Assembly (NCBI RefSeq): GCF_006345805.1
Contig: NC_042997.1
Location: forward strand, 42,284,001-42,348,000
Origin: Octopus sinensis
Lineage: Eukaryota
Direction of reading: 5' to 3'
Length of the DNA: 64,000 nt
Made by a program: the position numbers and the translations under genes. Each line of letters begins with the position of its first letter. Positions within the stretch are counted from its first letter, which is position 1. Below are positions 11,595-22,949 of the stretch, one piece after another. The notes beneath the pieces are model-generated. The model saw nothing but the letters and a program-made list of their open reading frames with translations, had not been told where the DNA came from and ran no database searches.

Positions 11595-12090
11595 TTCTTT
11601 CTATATAGGCACAAGGCCTGAAATTTGGGGGTAGGGGAATTGTCGTTTCACTTGTGTTTATTTTATCGATCCCGAAATGATGAAAGGCAAAGCCGACCTC
11701 GGCGGAATTTGAACTCAGAAAGTAAAGAGGGATGAAATTCCAATAAGTATTTGTCCCGGCACGGAAATGATTCTGCCACCCCGCCGCTTTATCCTTACCG
11801 TAATACAGATAATAAATGTCACCTATGTCGCCTACATGGCTAGTGTAGGGGGTGGGGGTCGATTGCTTCGAACAAACTCAAGCCATATATATACGTATAT
11901 ACATTTATAGATAATATGATATATACATGTCATGCATACAAACGCAAGTTTGACAGTTAAAAGCGGAACTTATTTCATAATAGGAATCCCCGCCACCCGA
12001 TCAATACCCGGTCAATACCCGCTCATGTATGTGACATATTTTCTGAAATAATGCGCAATACATTGGTATGCTACTAAAATCAGTCAGTAC
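11595..12090. repeat. Copy 2 of the ~490-bp direct repeat
   Basis: Matches 7107-7595 and continues uninterrupted (cagtac|tttgttcag) where copy 1 joins the Dong fragment. Confidence 0.93.
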
Positions 12091-12174
12091 TTTGTTCAGA
12101 ATAGTCTCAACGTCTCCATTATATCATAACAGGTTACTAATAAGCTGAATTTGAGATGAACTCGAGATGTATGT

Positions 12175-12577
12175 AGCGTAGAGTGGCTGTGTGGTAAGTA
12201 GCTTGCTTACCAACCACATGGTTCCGGGTTCAGTCCCAGTGCGTGGCACCTTGGGCACGTGTCTTCTGCTATAGCCTCTTGCCGACCAAAGCCTTGTGAG
12301 TGGATTTGGTAGACGGAAACTGAAAGAAGCCCCTCGTATATATGTATATATATATGTATGTGCGTGTATATGTTTGTGTGTCTGTGTTTGTCCGACCGAC
12401 ACTGCTTGACAACCGATGCTGGTGTGTTTAATACGCCGTAAATTAGCGGTTCGGTAAAAGTGACCGATAGAATAAGTACTAGGCTTACAAAGAATAAGTC
12501 CTGGAGTCGATTTGCTCGACTAAAGGCGGTGCTCCAGCATGGCCACAGTCAAAATGACTGAAACAAGTAAAAGAGTA
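12175..12577 (+). mobile_element. tRNA-derived SINE, family C (internal TA/TG tract)
   Basis: gagtggctgtgtggtaagtagcttgcttaccaaccacatggttccgggttcagtccc ... gactgaaacaagtaaaagag; many other copies in the window. Confidence 0.9.
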
Positions 12578-13200
12578 ATACTGTATCAGGATGTCCAACA
12601 CTAGGTTCCACTAAATATACTCGGGAGCATAACGTAATAAAAAAGCTTCGCATACACCGGGTCGTATAGAATCAATTTCTTTAAAAATTAGTCTTTGTTG
12701 TCTTCATATGAACTTCCGCCGTCTTACAAAACAACAATATAAAGATTCACTGGAACTTCAAAAGACGAACCATGTAGTATGTAATACACGTAAGATCGCT
12801 TTCCGTGACAAAAATGGACAAAAGCGTGTAGTTGACACATCGATACTGAATCGCTAGCATGTCGTAGCTACAAGATGGGAAGCTAGGAAACCACATCGAG
12901 ATGGCATTGTGACCCGTGAGAAATGTATCGTTCATCCATTTATATAACAAGAATGCCCCAACAAGAGAGATTCTACATGATTACTCGACTTGCTAGAAAT
13001 ACAGCTAAAATTCTCTCAACTCGCACTCCTCAGCAAAGAAACAAAGATACATTGATTTATTTTATTGATTTCGAAGGGATGAAAGGCAAAGATAGCCAAT
13101 GTTATAGAATGCATAAGAACTAAGCTAAGCACTACGAGTTATTTCGTCCAACACACGACCGATTACATTATCTACAGTCCTTAATAATAATAATAATAAC

Positions 13201-13232
<32 letters not shown>

Positions 13233-13256
13233 TAATAATAATAATAATAATAATAC

Positions 13257-13397
13257 GTTATTTACATTTGACGGATATTTGTCCTCATCTTGTTTGTTCG
13301 TTAACGACGTTTCGGCTGATACACCCTCCAGCCTTCATCAGGTGTCTTGGGGAAATATCGAACGTGGATTCTCATTCCTAAGGTATTTTTCGATGTG

Positions 13398-13479
<82 letters not shown>

Positions 13480-13535
13480 TCACTGCCCGGAATCGAACTC
13501 AGAATGTTTATATGAGTAACCTGCGTTCTTAACCA
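13257..13535 (-). mobile_element. Solo Penelope-type terminal segment: tRNA-like head, (AAT)n, hammerhead-like motif
   Basis: Reverse complement matches 49880-50160; carries gacac-CTGATGA-a-ggctg...cagcc-GAAAC-GTC at 13300-13346. Confidence 0.8.
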
Positions 13536-13604
13536 CTACCCCATACGTCCGTGAAGAGCGCAAGCTACTAACCCCAAGATTCCAAGTTCGATTCCGAGCA
13601 TTGA

Positions 13605-14348
<744 letters not shown>

Positions 14349-14349
<1 letters not shown>

Positions 14350-14902
14350 TGCCCTGATGCAGTACCAGGCAGTGGCTCTCATGGCTTCTGATCTTAACTG
14401 ATTGGAAGTGTTATCATGTACTTTGTTTTGTCTTGGTATAAAAGATGGGCTACAGCAAATATTCTGCTCAATACCACAGATTTGCTGGTCAGTTGTTTGA
14501 CTGTAACCAGTTGAGCATGTCCCTTAGTGGCTGACGATATGTGCATCTCTGATCATGAGCAGAAGTAGTGGGGGAGCATCATAGCCATGTGTTGACAGGG
14601 ATTCTTTGGGGTTTGAATAATTCACCTCTGGAAACATGGGTGGTTTTTTCAACATCCTTAAACAACCTTATTCAGGGACCGTTTGAGCGGGATGGGCTAC
14701 TCACCTGAAGAAAATTCTAACTGGGCCCCACCTACAAGGTCATGTGCTGTTTATCTTGATATGAGATCACCATGTCGCGCACATATGGTTGTGATGCATG
14801 TGCCTGGTGTACCCTTATCAGACGAGTAGTCATGATGGGTATATTGGGCTTCGTATATTTTACCCCGGTGTCACTTTGATGGCATGAACTGCTCTCTCAC
14901 TC
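14349..14902 (+). mobile_element. Unclassified (TAA)n-anchored interspersed repeat, copy 1
   Basis: Its first ~390 bp match the reverse complement of 60690-61076; flanked by (TAA)n on both sides; no ORF. Confidence 0.8.
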
Positions 14903-14956
<54 letters not shown>

Positions 14957-15284
14957 TAATAATAATAATGGCCAAGGTTAATGCAACACTTTAATGAGCT
15001 TTATTTGTTATTTGATTGAACAAACCTACGATCAAAAGTATTCCGACCGTGACCACTTTGTCTACTTTTTTTTTATCACATTGCCTTTAGGTCTTCATTA
15101 CCTGGTGTATCCTTTCATCTTCTAAGACAGTAAGGTGATATTACATGGAGATTTAGCTGCTGATTCTCGCATGTCGAGTGACCCAGTTGGTTTGTGGGAA
15201 TTTGTTTCCTTTTTTCTACAGGGATTTGTGTATGTACGTGTGTGTGGATATATCTGTGTGTTTAGTGGCTGCCGTCAGCATTTT

Positions 15285-15371
15285 TTGCTATTTTTTGGCT
15301 ATAACTCTCTAAAAATGCTTATATAGTTATTTCCCTTACAAACCCGAGCAACGCCGGGCGATACTGCTAGT
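15285..15371 (+). mobile_element. Helitron-like 3' terminus
   Basis: GC hairpin cccgagcaacgccggg (15343-15358), then 8 nt and CTAG followed by T, the canonical Helitron 3' end. No matching 5' end identified. Confidence 0.6.
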
Positions 15372-15682
15372 AACAAATAAATCTCCTTCACGTTACTGCC
15401 TCAAAAATAAAGACGGGATATATTGGAGAATTACTCAACGGTGTAAAAGGAAAGCAAAAGAAAAAGGGTTTCCACGGCTGAAACGCCTTTGATCATAGGG
15501 CGGTCGATCAGGACTGATTTGGGGTTAAAGAGCCTCAGTACATCATCCATCCATCATCGTCGTCGTCGTCGTCGTCATCATCATCATCATCATTATCATC
15601 ATCATCATCATCATCATCACGTACAACGAAATATTTCGTTTAAATTTTTCCCCACTTCTCCTCAGTATAAATCTGTCTTCGG

Positions 15683-16069
15683 TGGAGGTGCAATGGCCCA
15701 GTGGTTAGGGCAGCGGACTCGCGGTCATAGGATCGCACTTTTGATTCCCAGACCGGGCGTTGTGAGTGTTTATTGAGCGAAAACACCTAAAAAAGCTCCA
15801 CGAGTCTCCGGCAGGGGATGGTGGTGATCCCTGCTGTATTCTTTCACCACAACTTTCTCTCATTCTTACTTCCTATTTCTGTTGTACCTGTATTTCAAAG
15901 GGCCGGCCTTGTCACTCTCTGTGTCACGCTGATTATCCCCGAGAACTACGTTAAGGGTACACGTGTCTGTGGAGTGCTCGGCCACTTACACGTTAATTTC
16001 ACGAGCAGGCTGTTCCGTTGATTCGGATCAACCGGAACCCACGTCGTCGTAACCGACGGAGTGCTTCCA
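15683..16069 (+). mobile_element. Family A SINE, full length
   Basis: 14-bp TSD aaatctgtcttcgg at 15669-15682 and 16070-16083. Confidence 0.92.
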
Positions 16070-16384
16070 AAATCTGTCTTCGGCTGCAATTCTTTCTCGT
16101 CGTTTCCTCTCCGCTCCTAACCGTCACTTTTTACATCTATAAAATATTCACTTCCTCTCTTCCCCCCCCCCTTCTCCCTCACTCCCTTATTTTCACCTCT
16201 TCTTCTCAATTTACCAACTTTACATACACACCTTTTGCTTCACATTTTCTACCCTCTCTTCTACCCTGTCTATTTCCTTATAATCTCTTCATTTTCCTCC
16301 TCGTTGTACATCTCCATATCGCCATATTTTCTTTTTCGTTTCAATGTTTCCCTTCTCTTTTTCTTCTATTCTTCTATTGTCAAT

Positions 16385-16665
16385 GTTGTTGTTGTTGTTG
16401 TTGCTCTTCTTCTTCTTCTTCTTCTTCTTCTTCTTCTTCTCCATCTTCTTCTTCTTCTTCTCCATCTTCTCCATCTTCTACTTCTTCTTCTTCTTCCTCT
16501 TCTTCTTCTTCTTCTTCTCTTCTTCTTCTTTTCTTCTTCTCCTCCTCCTCCTCTTCTTCTTCTCCTCCTCCTCTCCTCCTCCTCCTCCTCCTCCTCCTCC
16601 TCCTCCTCCTCCTCCTCCTCCATCATCTCCTTCTTCTTCTTCTTCTTCTTCTTCTTTTTCTTCTT
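16385..16665. repeat. Compound (GTT)n(CTT)n(CCT)n trinucleotide tract
   Basis: Direct reading; explains the poly-S/L/E/K/P ORFs. Confidence 0.95.
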
Positions 16666-16885
16666 CTATTTTTTGTATTTTAACTATAGCTGCAAGCTGC
16701 AAAAATCTACGCATATTTTCGTTGGGGTTAGTAACAGGAAAGGATCTCACAGCTGGAGTTTAAATCTGTCTCCCTTTATCTTGGAAACAAAGTAAAGTGA
16801 CATAGCAATCCAACTGGAGCGACGATCCATGGAAGCGCATTCATGCGCGCGTGCACACGCACATACGCATCTACGCTGGATGGGA

Positions 16886-17263
16886 TGGAAGCACTCCGTC
16901 GGTTACGACGACGAGGGTTCCGGTTGATCCGAATCAACGGAACAGCCTGCTCGTGAAATTAACGTGTAAGTGGCTGAGCACTCCACAGACACGTGTACCC
17001 TTAACGTAGTTCTCGGGGATATTCAGCGTGACACAGAGAGTGACAAGGCCGGTCCTTTGAAATACAGGTACAACAGAAATAGGAAGTAAGAGTGAGAGAA
17101 AGTTGTGGTGAAAGAGTACAGCAGGGATCACCACCATCCCCTGCCGGAGCCTCGTGGAGCTTTTAGGGGTTTTCACTCAATAAACACTCACAACACCCGG
17201 TCTGGGAGTCGAAACCACGATCCTATGACCGCGAGTCCGCTGCCCTAACCACTGGGCCATTAC
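16886..17263 (-). mobile_element. Family A SINE, reverse orientation
   Basis: Reverse complement of 1335-1718 over nearly its full length. Confidence 0.9.
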
Positions 17264-18469
17264 AGACGCACACACACACACACGCATGCATCATCAATGT
17301 TGTTTCTGCTCTTTTAGTGTTGGAAAAATGTACCATAATCATCTTTTTTCTTGATTTAACCCCAGGAAAAAATATCTTCCTTTCTGGAAGTTCCACATAT
17401 CGATTTTGAAGCAAATAAATTTTCTCATCGTAAAATATCACCATTATCCTTCTTACACATGTAACCAACTGTATCGTATTTGCTATATCTACACCTCTAG
17501 AATATATAGCAATTTAAATTACTAATTCAATAAGTAGCTGAAAAATAAAGAGTGCATTTTCTCAAAGGAGGGGACAATAATCTCTGAACCAGGGCTGTGA
17601 GAAAATTCACATTTTTTTTTTTTTTGTAGCTATTACTACATTATACATGTTCTAGGACTTCTTGTCAGCAATAGGTATAATTTGGTCAGAAACTGCCCGT
17701 CGTAATAAACTAATGTTCTCAAATAATCTGACATTTTGTGAAGTTAAGATTCATGCCTTAAACACTCATTAACCAACTCACCTTCAATGTGTGATAACAC
17801 TTTCTTCAAAAATAAATGTTTTAAATTGAAATTAAAAGGTTCACACACTTCATAACTCGCTTGCGTCGTAGAAATATTTTAAATATTACATTTGTTGAAA
17901 ACAGATTACTGTTTGTATAAACATTTTATTAATGCTATCTTGCCTAAACGCATAGTTCCTTTCAGTTTTTATATTCCGAATGGTTGATTTAGTATTATTG
18001 TTCAAGAATATACTTCTTCATACATTGGGAACGAGTCTTCATACATTGGCAACAAATAAATTACACACGCATTTTAAAATTATTTCTATGAGAAAATAAT
18101 TGTCCATTTTTCTACGAACAACTATTGCTGGCAATCATCTTTTTTTTCTTTTATTAATACCATTCATCACAGAAAGAATTATTTTTATATAATTTGTAAT
18201 ATTGATTTAAGATTTTTAATAAAACCAATCATGCCAAAGACTAAAATACTAAATGTTAATTAACTGTAATTGAGATATAGCTATTACGTTATTAATTCAA
18301 ATGTATTCCGAATCGTGGTTTCACAAGATAAGCGTTAGACTAATGGAAACGCGTAAACGTTTTATAGAATATTTGAAGTAACCTATATTAATTTGCGTTT
18401 TGGTTTTGTGGTTAAATCGTTTTTTGATAAGATTTAGAGATCAATGTTAACGGGTTGTTTAGAGTCTTA

Positions 18470-19200
18470 CTGTGGGGGAAATTTCACCCGCGTGGTGAAG
18501 CTTCCAATCCCCTGAGTAGAACCTGAAGCTATTTTTGTATGTAAATATGTGGTTATATGCTTGTCTTGGTTGAGTGGAAGAGTTGGTATTCTTTTTCTTT
18601 TTTAGGATGTAGTTGCAGCAAGGTATTGAATGTGTGTTTTTCACATCGTGGCAGAGATTGTGAGAGTCCATATTTGCTGATGCAATAAACTTTGCATTTT
18701 GCATGCCCAAATGGTCTATGCCTTTATTTGCTTCGTTGATTAAATTGTCTGTGGCTTTGATCTATGTACAATTTCTGATATTGTATAAGCAGCTGCTCTA
18801 TATTCCTTGCAGTATATTGTGGTTTATTATAGCGAAAATGGGACCGAATCAAGACTAATATAGTTTATGACAGATCTAATGCATCACTGGTACACTACTG
18901 ATGCTGCTTCTTCCTGTTTACCAAATATTGTAAATGTGTGATACTAAGTATATTTGTACCTCGTCTCGCTTCCTTTATTATACCTTCTATAAGCACTATA
19001 AATGTTGTTGAGGTGTTGTATGCAATTCCGAGTAATTTTGTCTTCTGTATGTATGGTTTGTTCAGGTGAAAAGAGTGAGGGTTGATTGTTGTTTATTTTC
19101 TATAGTATTTCTAGTAAGAATAGCAACTGTGGATTTGGTTAAGTGCTGCTTTATTGCTTTGGTGCCAAGCTTCTAAGTCATTGATGTGAGATTGGAGTTC
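18470..19200 (-). mobile_element. Highly decayed R4/Dong-like remnant
   Basis: Patchy minus-strand similarity to the intact copy: CHDVKNTHSIPCC resembles CRIC..HIISSC, and IQKTKLLGIAY resembles IQKIALLGTAH. Confidence 0.35.
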
Positions 19201-19323
19201 TTGTATTATCTATTCGAGGGAAAGCTGTCTAGAGCTCCTAAATCCTCCAATTATACCAGCTCTAAGAAAAATATTATAATAAATGCATAGGCAGTTACAA
19301 TTACACTATGAAACTGATGGTCA

Positions 19324-19563
19324 TTAAACCCTTTGCCTGTCCTGTGTATCACATATGATACACAGGACATATTTCCCTGGCGTCCACGCATCATATGATA
19401 CACATTCCTAAGTTTTTTCAACTACTAGATAAACATGTGATCTATGAACGGAAAGCTTTATATTACTCAGAACGTGTGAAAGAAGGACTAAGTAAAAGTC
19501 TGAAAACAAGCATGAACGTTTAGGACAAACGTTTGAAGATGATTTGGACAGGCAAAGGCTTAA
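19324..19563. mobile_element. piggyBac-like MITE
   Basis: TTAA at both ends; 14-bp TIRs ccctttgcctgtcc (19329-19342) and ggacaggcaaaggc (19546-19559), one mismatch; no ORF. Confidence 0.7.
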
Positions 19564-20070
19564 TAATAATCCCAGTCGATCTAGTTCTGTTCGAATTATT
19601 AATCTTAAAGATGTACCTAACGATACGGATCAAATTCCAAAAATATAGTATACATTGCTAATATCTTTGTGATTTGTTGAAACGATTCACCGCATATAGT
19701 ACACTACTGAACCAATTAGGGCAAGCATGAGACCGGAATATGGAATAAACTATGAAAAGTAAAGAGCTAAATTATAGTGAACAGATTTAAATCAATACAT
19801 TTATAAAACAAAAGAGATTCTATTTAATATTTATTAATCCCTTTAAAATTCTCAGAATACATGAATACAGTATAATGTTTATAGACTGAAAATTAAATTA
19901 TAAAAGTAAAGAACTTGATTTTATTTAACAGGTATAGGTACAAATTAATACAATTCCAAAGCAGAGTTTGTTTAATTTTTATCAATCCACTTTAAAAAGT
20001 AAATAACAAAACTATTTTTAATACACTGTATGCAAATTAACCAACTTCAAAAACGGCGTCAGTTTACTCC

Positions 20071-20573
20071 TATATAAGGTACAGTATATTGCACAGTTGT
20101 CTCGGATTTCTGGAAGACGAACAAGAGGTCCGGTACTGTATTATGGGAATAAAGATGACGGCGCTTCATATTTCAATTTGAAATTTGATCAAGATCGTGC
20201 ATCAGTGTTTTGGGAATGATATCTAGTTGCGAGCGTGATGTCATCTCTATGTGAAGGTCTGTGCTAATCCTCAGAGGCGGCGTATATAGAAAGAACAGTG
20301 TAGATATAGCTTGAAAAAAAATTAAAGGGATTATCAATTTAGTATTCCATTCAGGGAAATCAAATTTCTGGTTTTTGTACACTACATAGAATTGGAGACC
20401 TGACGTGGAACTTTGCTAGCCATTGCTTTGGGTTGTTTAAGGAAGAGTTGAGTATTTTGCGAAAAATGGAGTCGAAGGTTTTGTTGATGTCGATGGTAGT
20501 TACAGTGCTGTGCAGGAAGAGGTGTTGATGTTACTGAAGCTGTAATGGATCCTCTATGTTAACGTCGGTGAGT
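20071..20573 (+). promoter_or_regulatory. Possible TATA promoter and non-coding first exon
   Basis: TATATAAG at 20071, Inr-like CAGTT at 20094, repeat-free CpG-richer stretch, strong donor CG|GTGAGT at 20567/20568. Motif-level evidence only. Confidence 0.25.
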
Positions 20574-21284
20574 AATGAGTTTTATTTTTAGTGTAATGTT
20601 CTGAATCCGCGCTGTGATTTAGAGAGGGGAATGTGTGGGTTATTATGATATAATAAAGGATGATGATGTCATCTGGTGCGATGGAGTATGATTGTTGTGG
20701 TTTTGGCGGTTGAGGTGCGGTACAGTGAAATCTATGGTAATGAAGAGCAATTTGATGCAATGTAATCTAATATAGTATCGTGCAGTCTTCTGGAATGTGA
20801 TGTCGTGTAGTGTGGTGTGAGGTAGTGTTCTATGGTGTGGCGTGGTACGGTGTTGTTTGGTACAGTGTAGATTTGATCGTATTGCATGGCGATGTTATTG
20901 TTTAACCCTTGGTCGGATCTGATCGTGCAGACATCTTATGAAAAACATTCTCGCCGGGACAAATCCCGCCTTTTTATTTCAGTGTATTTGGTTTACATTA
21001 TATGAAGGAACCTTCCTTTTCAAGATGCAGGGAAATAACTGAAGAAGTTACTCTTTGGCCAATATTTCTAACAGGTTAAGGAACAACATAGAGTATCCTT
21101 CGTTAACTTGTGGTTGTGGTTAAAGTTGTATAGCGTGGTCTGTTGTCGTATGGTTTGATGAAGTATAGGATGTTGTAAGTTAATAGTGTGTTGACATATA
21201 CTCAAGTGTAGTGTAGAGAGTTGTAATATAAGTATGGAAAATGTAAGTGTAGAATGATAGAATGTGATATGAAGCATAATTATG

Positions 21285-21530
21285 TGATCTGGTGTGGTGC
21301 ATCATGATGTCATCTGGGATGGTGCATCAAAATGGTATCTAGTGTGGCGTATCAGAGTGTGATCCGATATGGCATATCACAGCGTGATCTGGAGTGGAGT
21401 ATTATTATCTGGCAGAGATATCACACTTCATCGCATCATCTGGTGTGATGTATCATAGTGTGATCTGGTGTAGTGCATATAATTTGGTATGGTATATCAT
21501 AGCGAGATCTGGTGTGGTGGCTCATAATTT
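21285..21530. repeat. Degenerate ~25-bp minisatellite (atctggtgtggtgtatcatagtgtg-like)
   Basis: atctgg... recurs at roughly 25-nt spacing. Confidence 0.7.
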
Positions 21531-22949
21531 TTTTTCTAATATAGACTCAAGACTCTGGCTCTTGGACCAGTAGTTTAGTTGATTAAATCGACCTCTGTAC
21601 TTGACTGATGTTTTATTTTATAAAGCATGGAAAGATGAAAGGAAACATTATCTTCAGCAGAATTTGAACCTAGAACATAAAAAGTTGAGGCAAACACCAT
21701 AAAGAATTTAGCTCGATGCTCTTACGATTTTGCTACTTCACATTTTTAATGTGTGGTGTATCATGGTGTGATATGTGCAGTAAAATGTGGTTCAACTGAA
21801 AGGCAACCATAATTGGACTATGAAACAATATAGGGTAGTCATGGCCGCTCGTCTTTTTTCCATTTTTTCTAAATATACTGTATCTTGAGTTATCGTAGCT
21901 ACTGTACCCTTCTTATTTTTTAAACGGAAAGGTTCTAATTATTGTTAATTGACAGAGATTTAGCTGCTGCTTTTAGCCGGTTGAACGACGGATTGTGTAG
22001 CTCCTTGCTGGACTAGAATGGATTATATTGGTGTAACATAGTATGATGAAATTTAATGTGATCTCGTGTATCATGGCACACTATTGTTCTTGTTGTTATC
22101 GCTACTGTTCCGTTGTTGTTGTTGTTGTTGTTGTCGTCGTCGTCGTCGTCGTCGTTGTCGTTGTTGTTGTTGTTGTTTAGCCTCTGGTCAATGATGGTCA
22201 TTATGATGAAATGCATTCAAATCTTAATCATCCGGTTTCTTGATAAGAAAAAAGGGACTTTGAATCACATTATTAAATATACCCCCTTTTTTTAAAGATG
22301 ATATTCTGTGATTTGAAGGATATTTGCCAATTATTTATAACAGTTCGAGCAATCACGGAGACGTTTCTTCGTTTGCGTAATGGTGCTGAACTTCTGCCCC
22401 TCACCTTCACTGAAAGGAACAACCTTCTCATTTAATTCATCTCATATGCAAATACTTAATTTAAAGTACATGCATACGAGATAATTAAAGTACTAGATAA
22501 TTAATCAGTGAAATCTAACTCTTTCTTGAAACGGACTTTATTTGCATCAGTACAAGAAATAGAACACAGTAAAGACAGGATAAGTATTCTAGAACATGCA
22601 GTACTTAAACAGCAATCAACTTTTAGGAGTAGAACGGTCTAGTGTTCATGGATAATAGAAAAATATTCAGCCACCTTCCTTGAGTCTGTTGCTACAGAAG
22701 ACTGGTGTCATAAGCGGCCTCTTAATTCATCTTAAAATCTTAATGCCATACAGGCGGATGAATGTTACGATTGGATCACATTAAATGAGAATACTCAATT
22801 GGTGATGAGTCTCTCGAGGCATCTCGGAAAGTCTGAGTTGACTGTAATGACATGGTGATGACATATCGTCTGCTTGACAAAGTGAATTATTTTGTATCAG
22901 CATCAATGGAAATGGTTGAGTTTCTGTAATTGCTGAGATCGTAGATGAT

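Noticed and set aside
14525-14570. CTGACGA in the TAA-anchored repeat (also 60889)
   Set aside because: No helix II closed by GAAA nearby.
22800-22840. GTGATGAG...CGGAAAGTC hammerhead look-alike
   Set aside because: C3 is replaced by G and there is no consistent helix I/II pairing.
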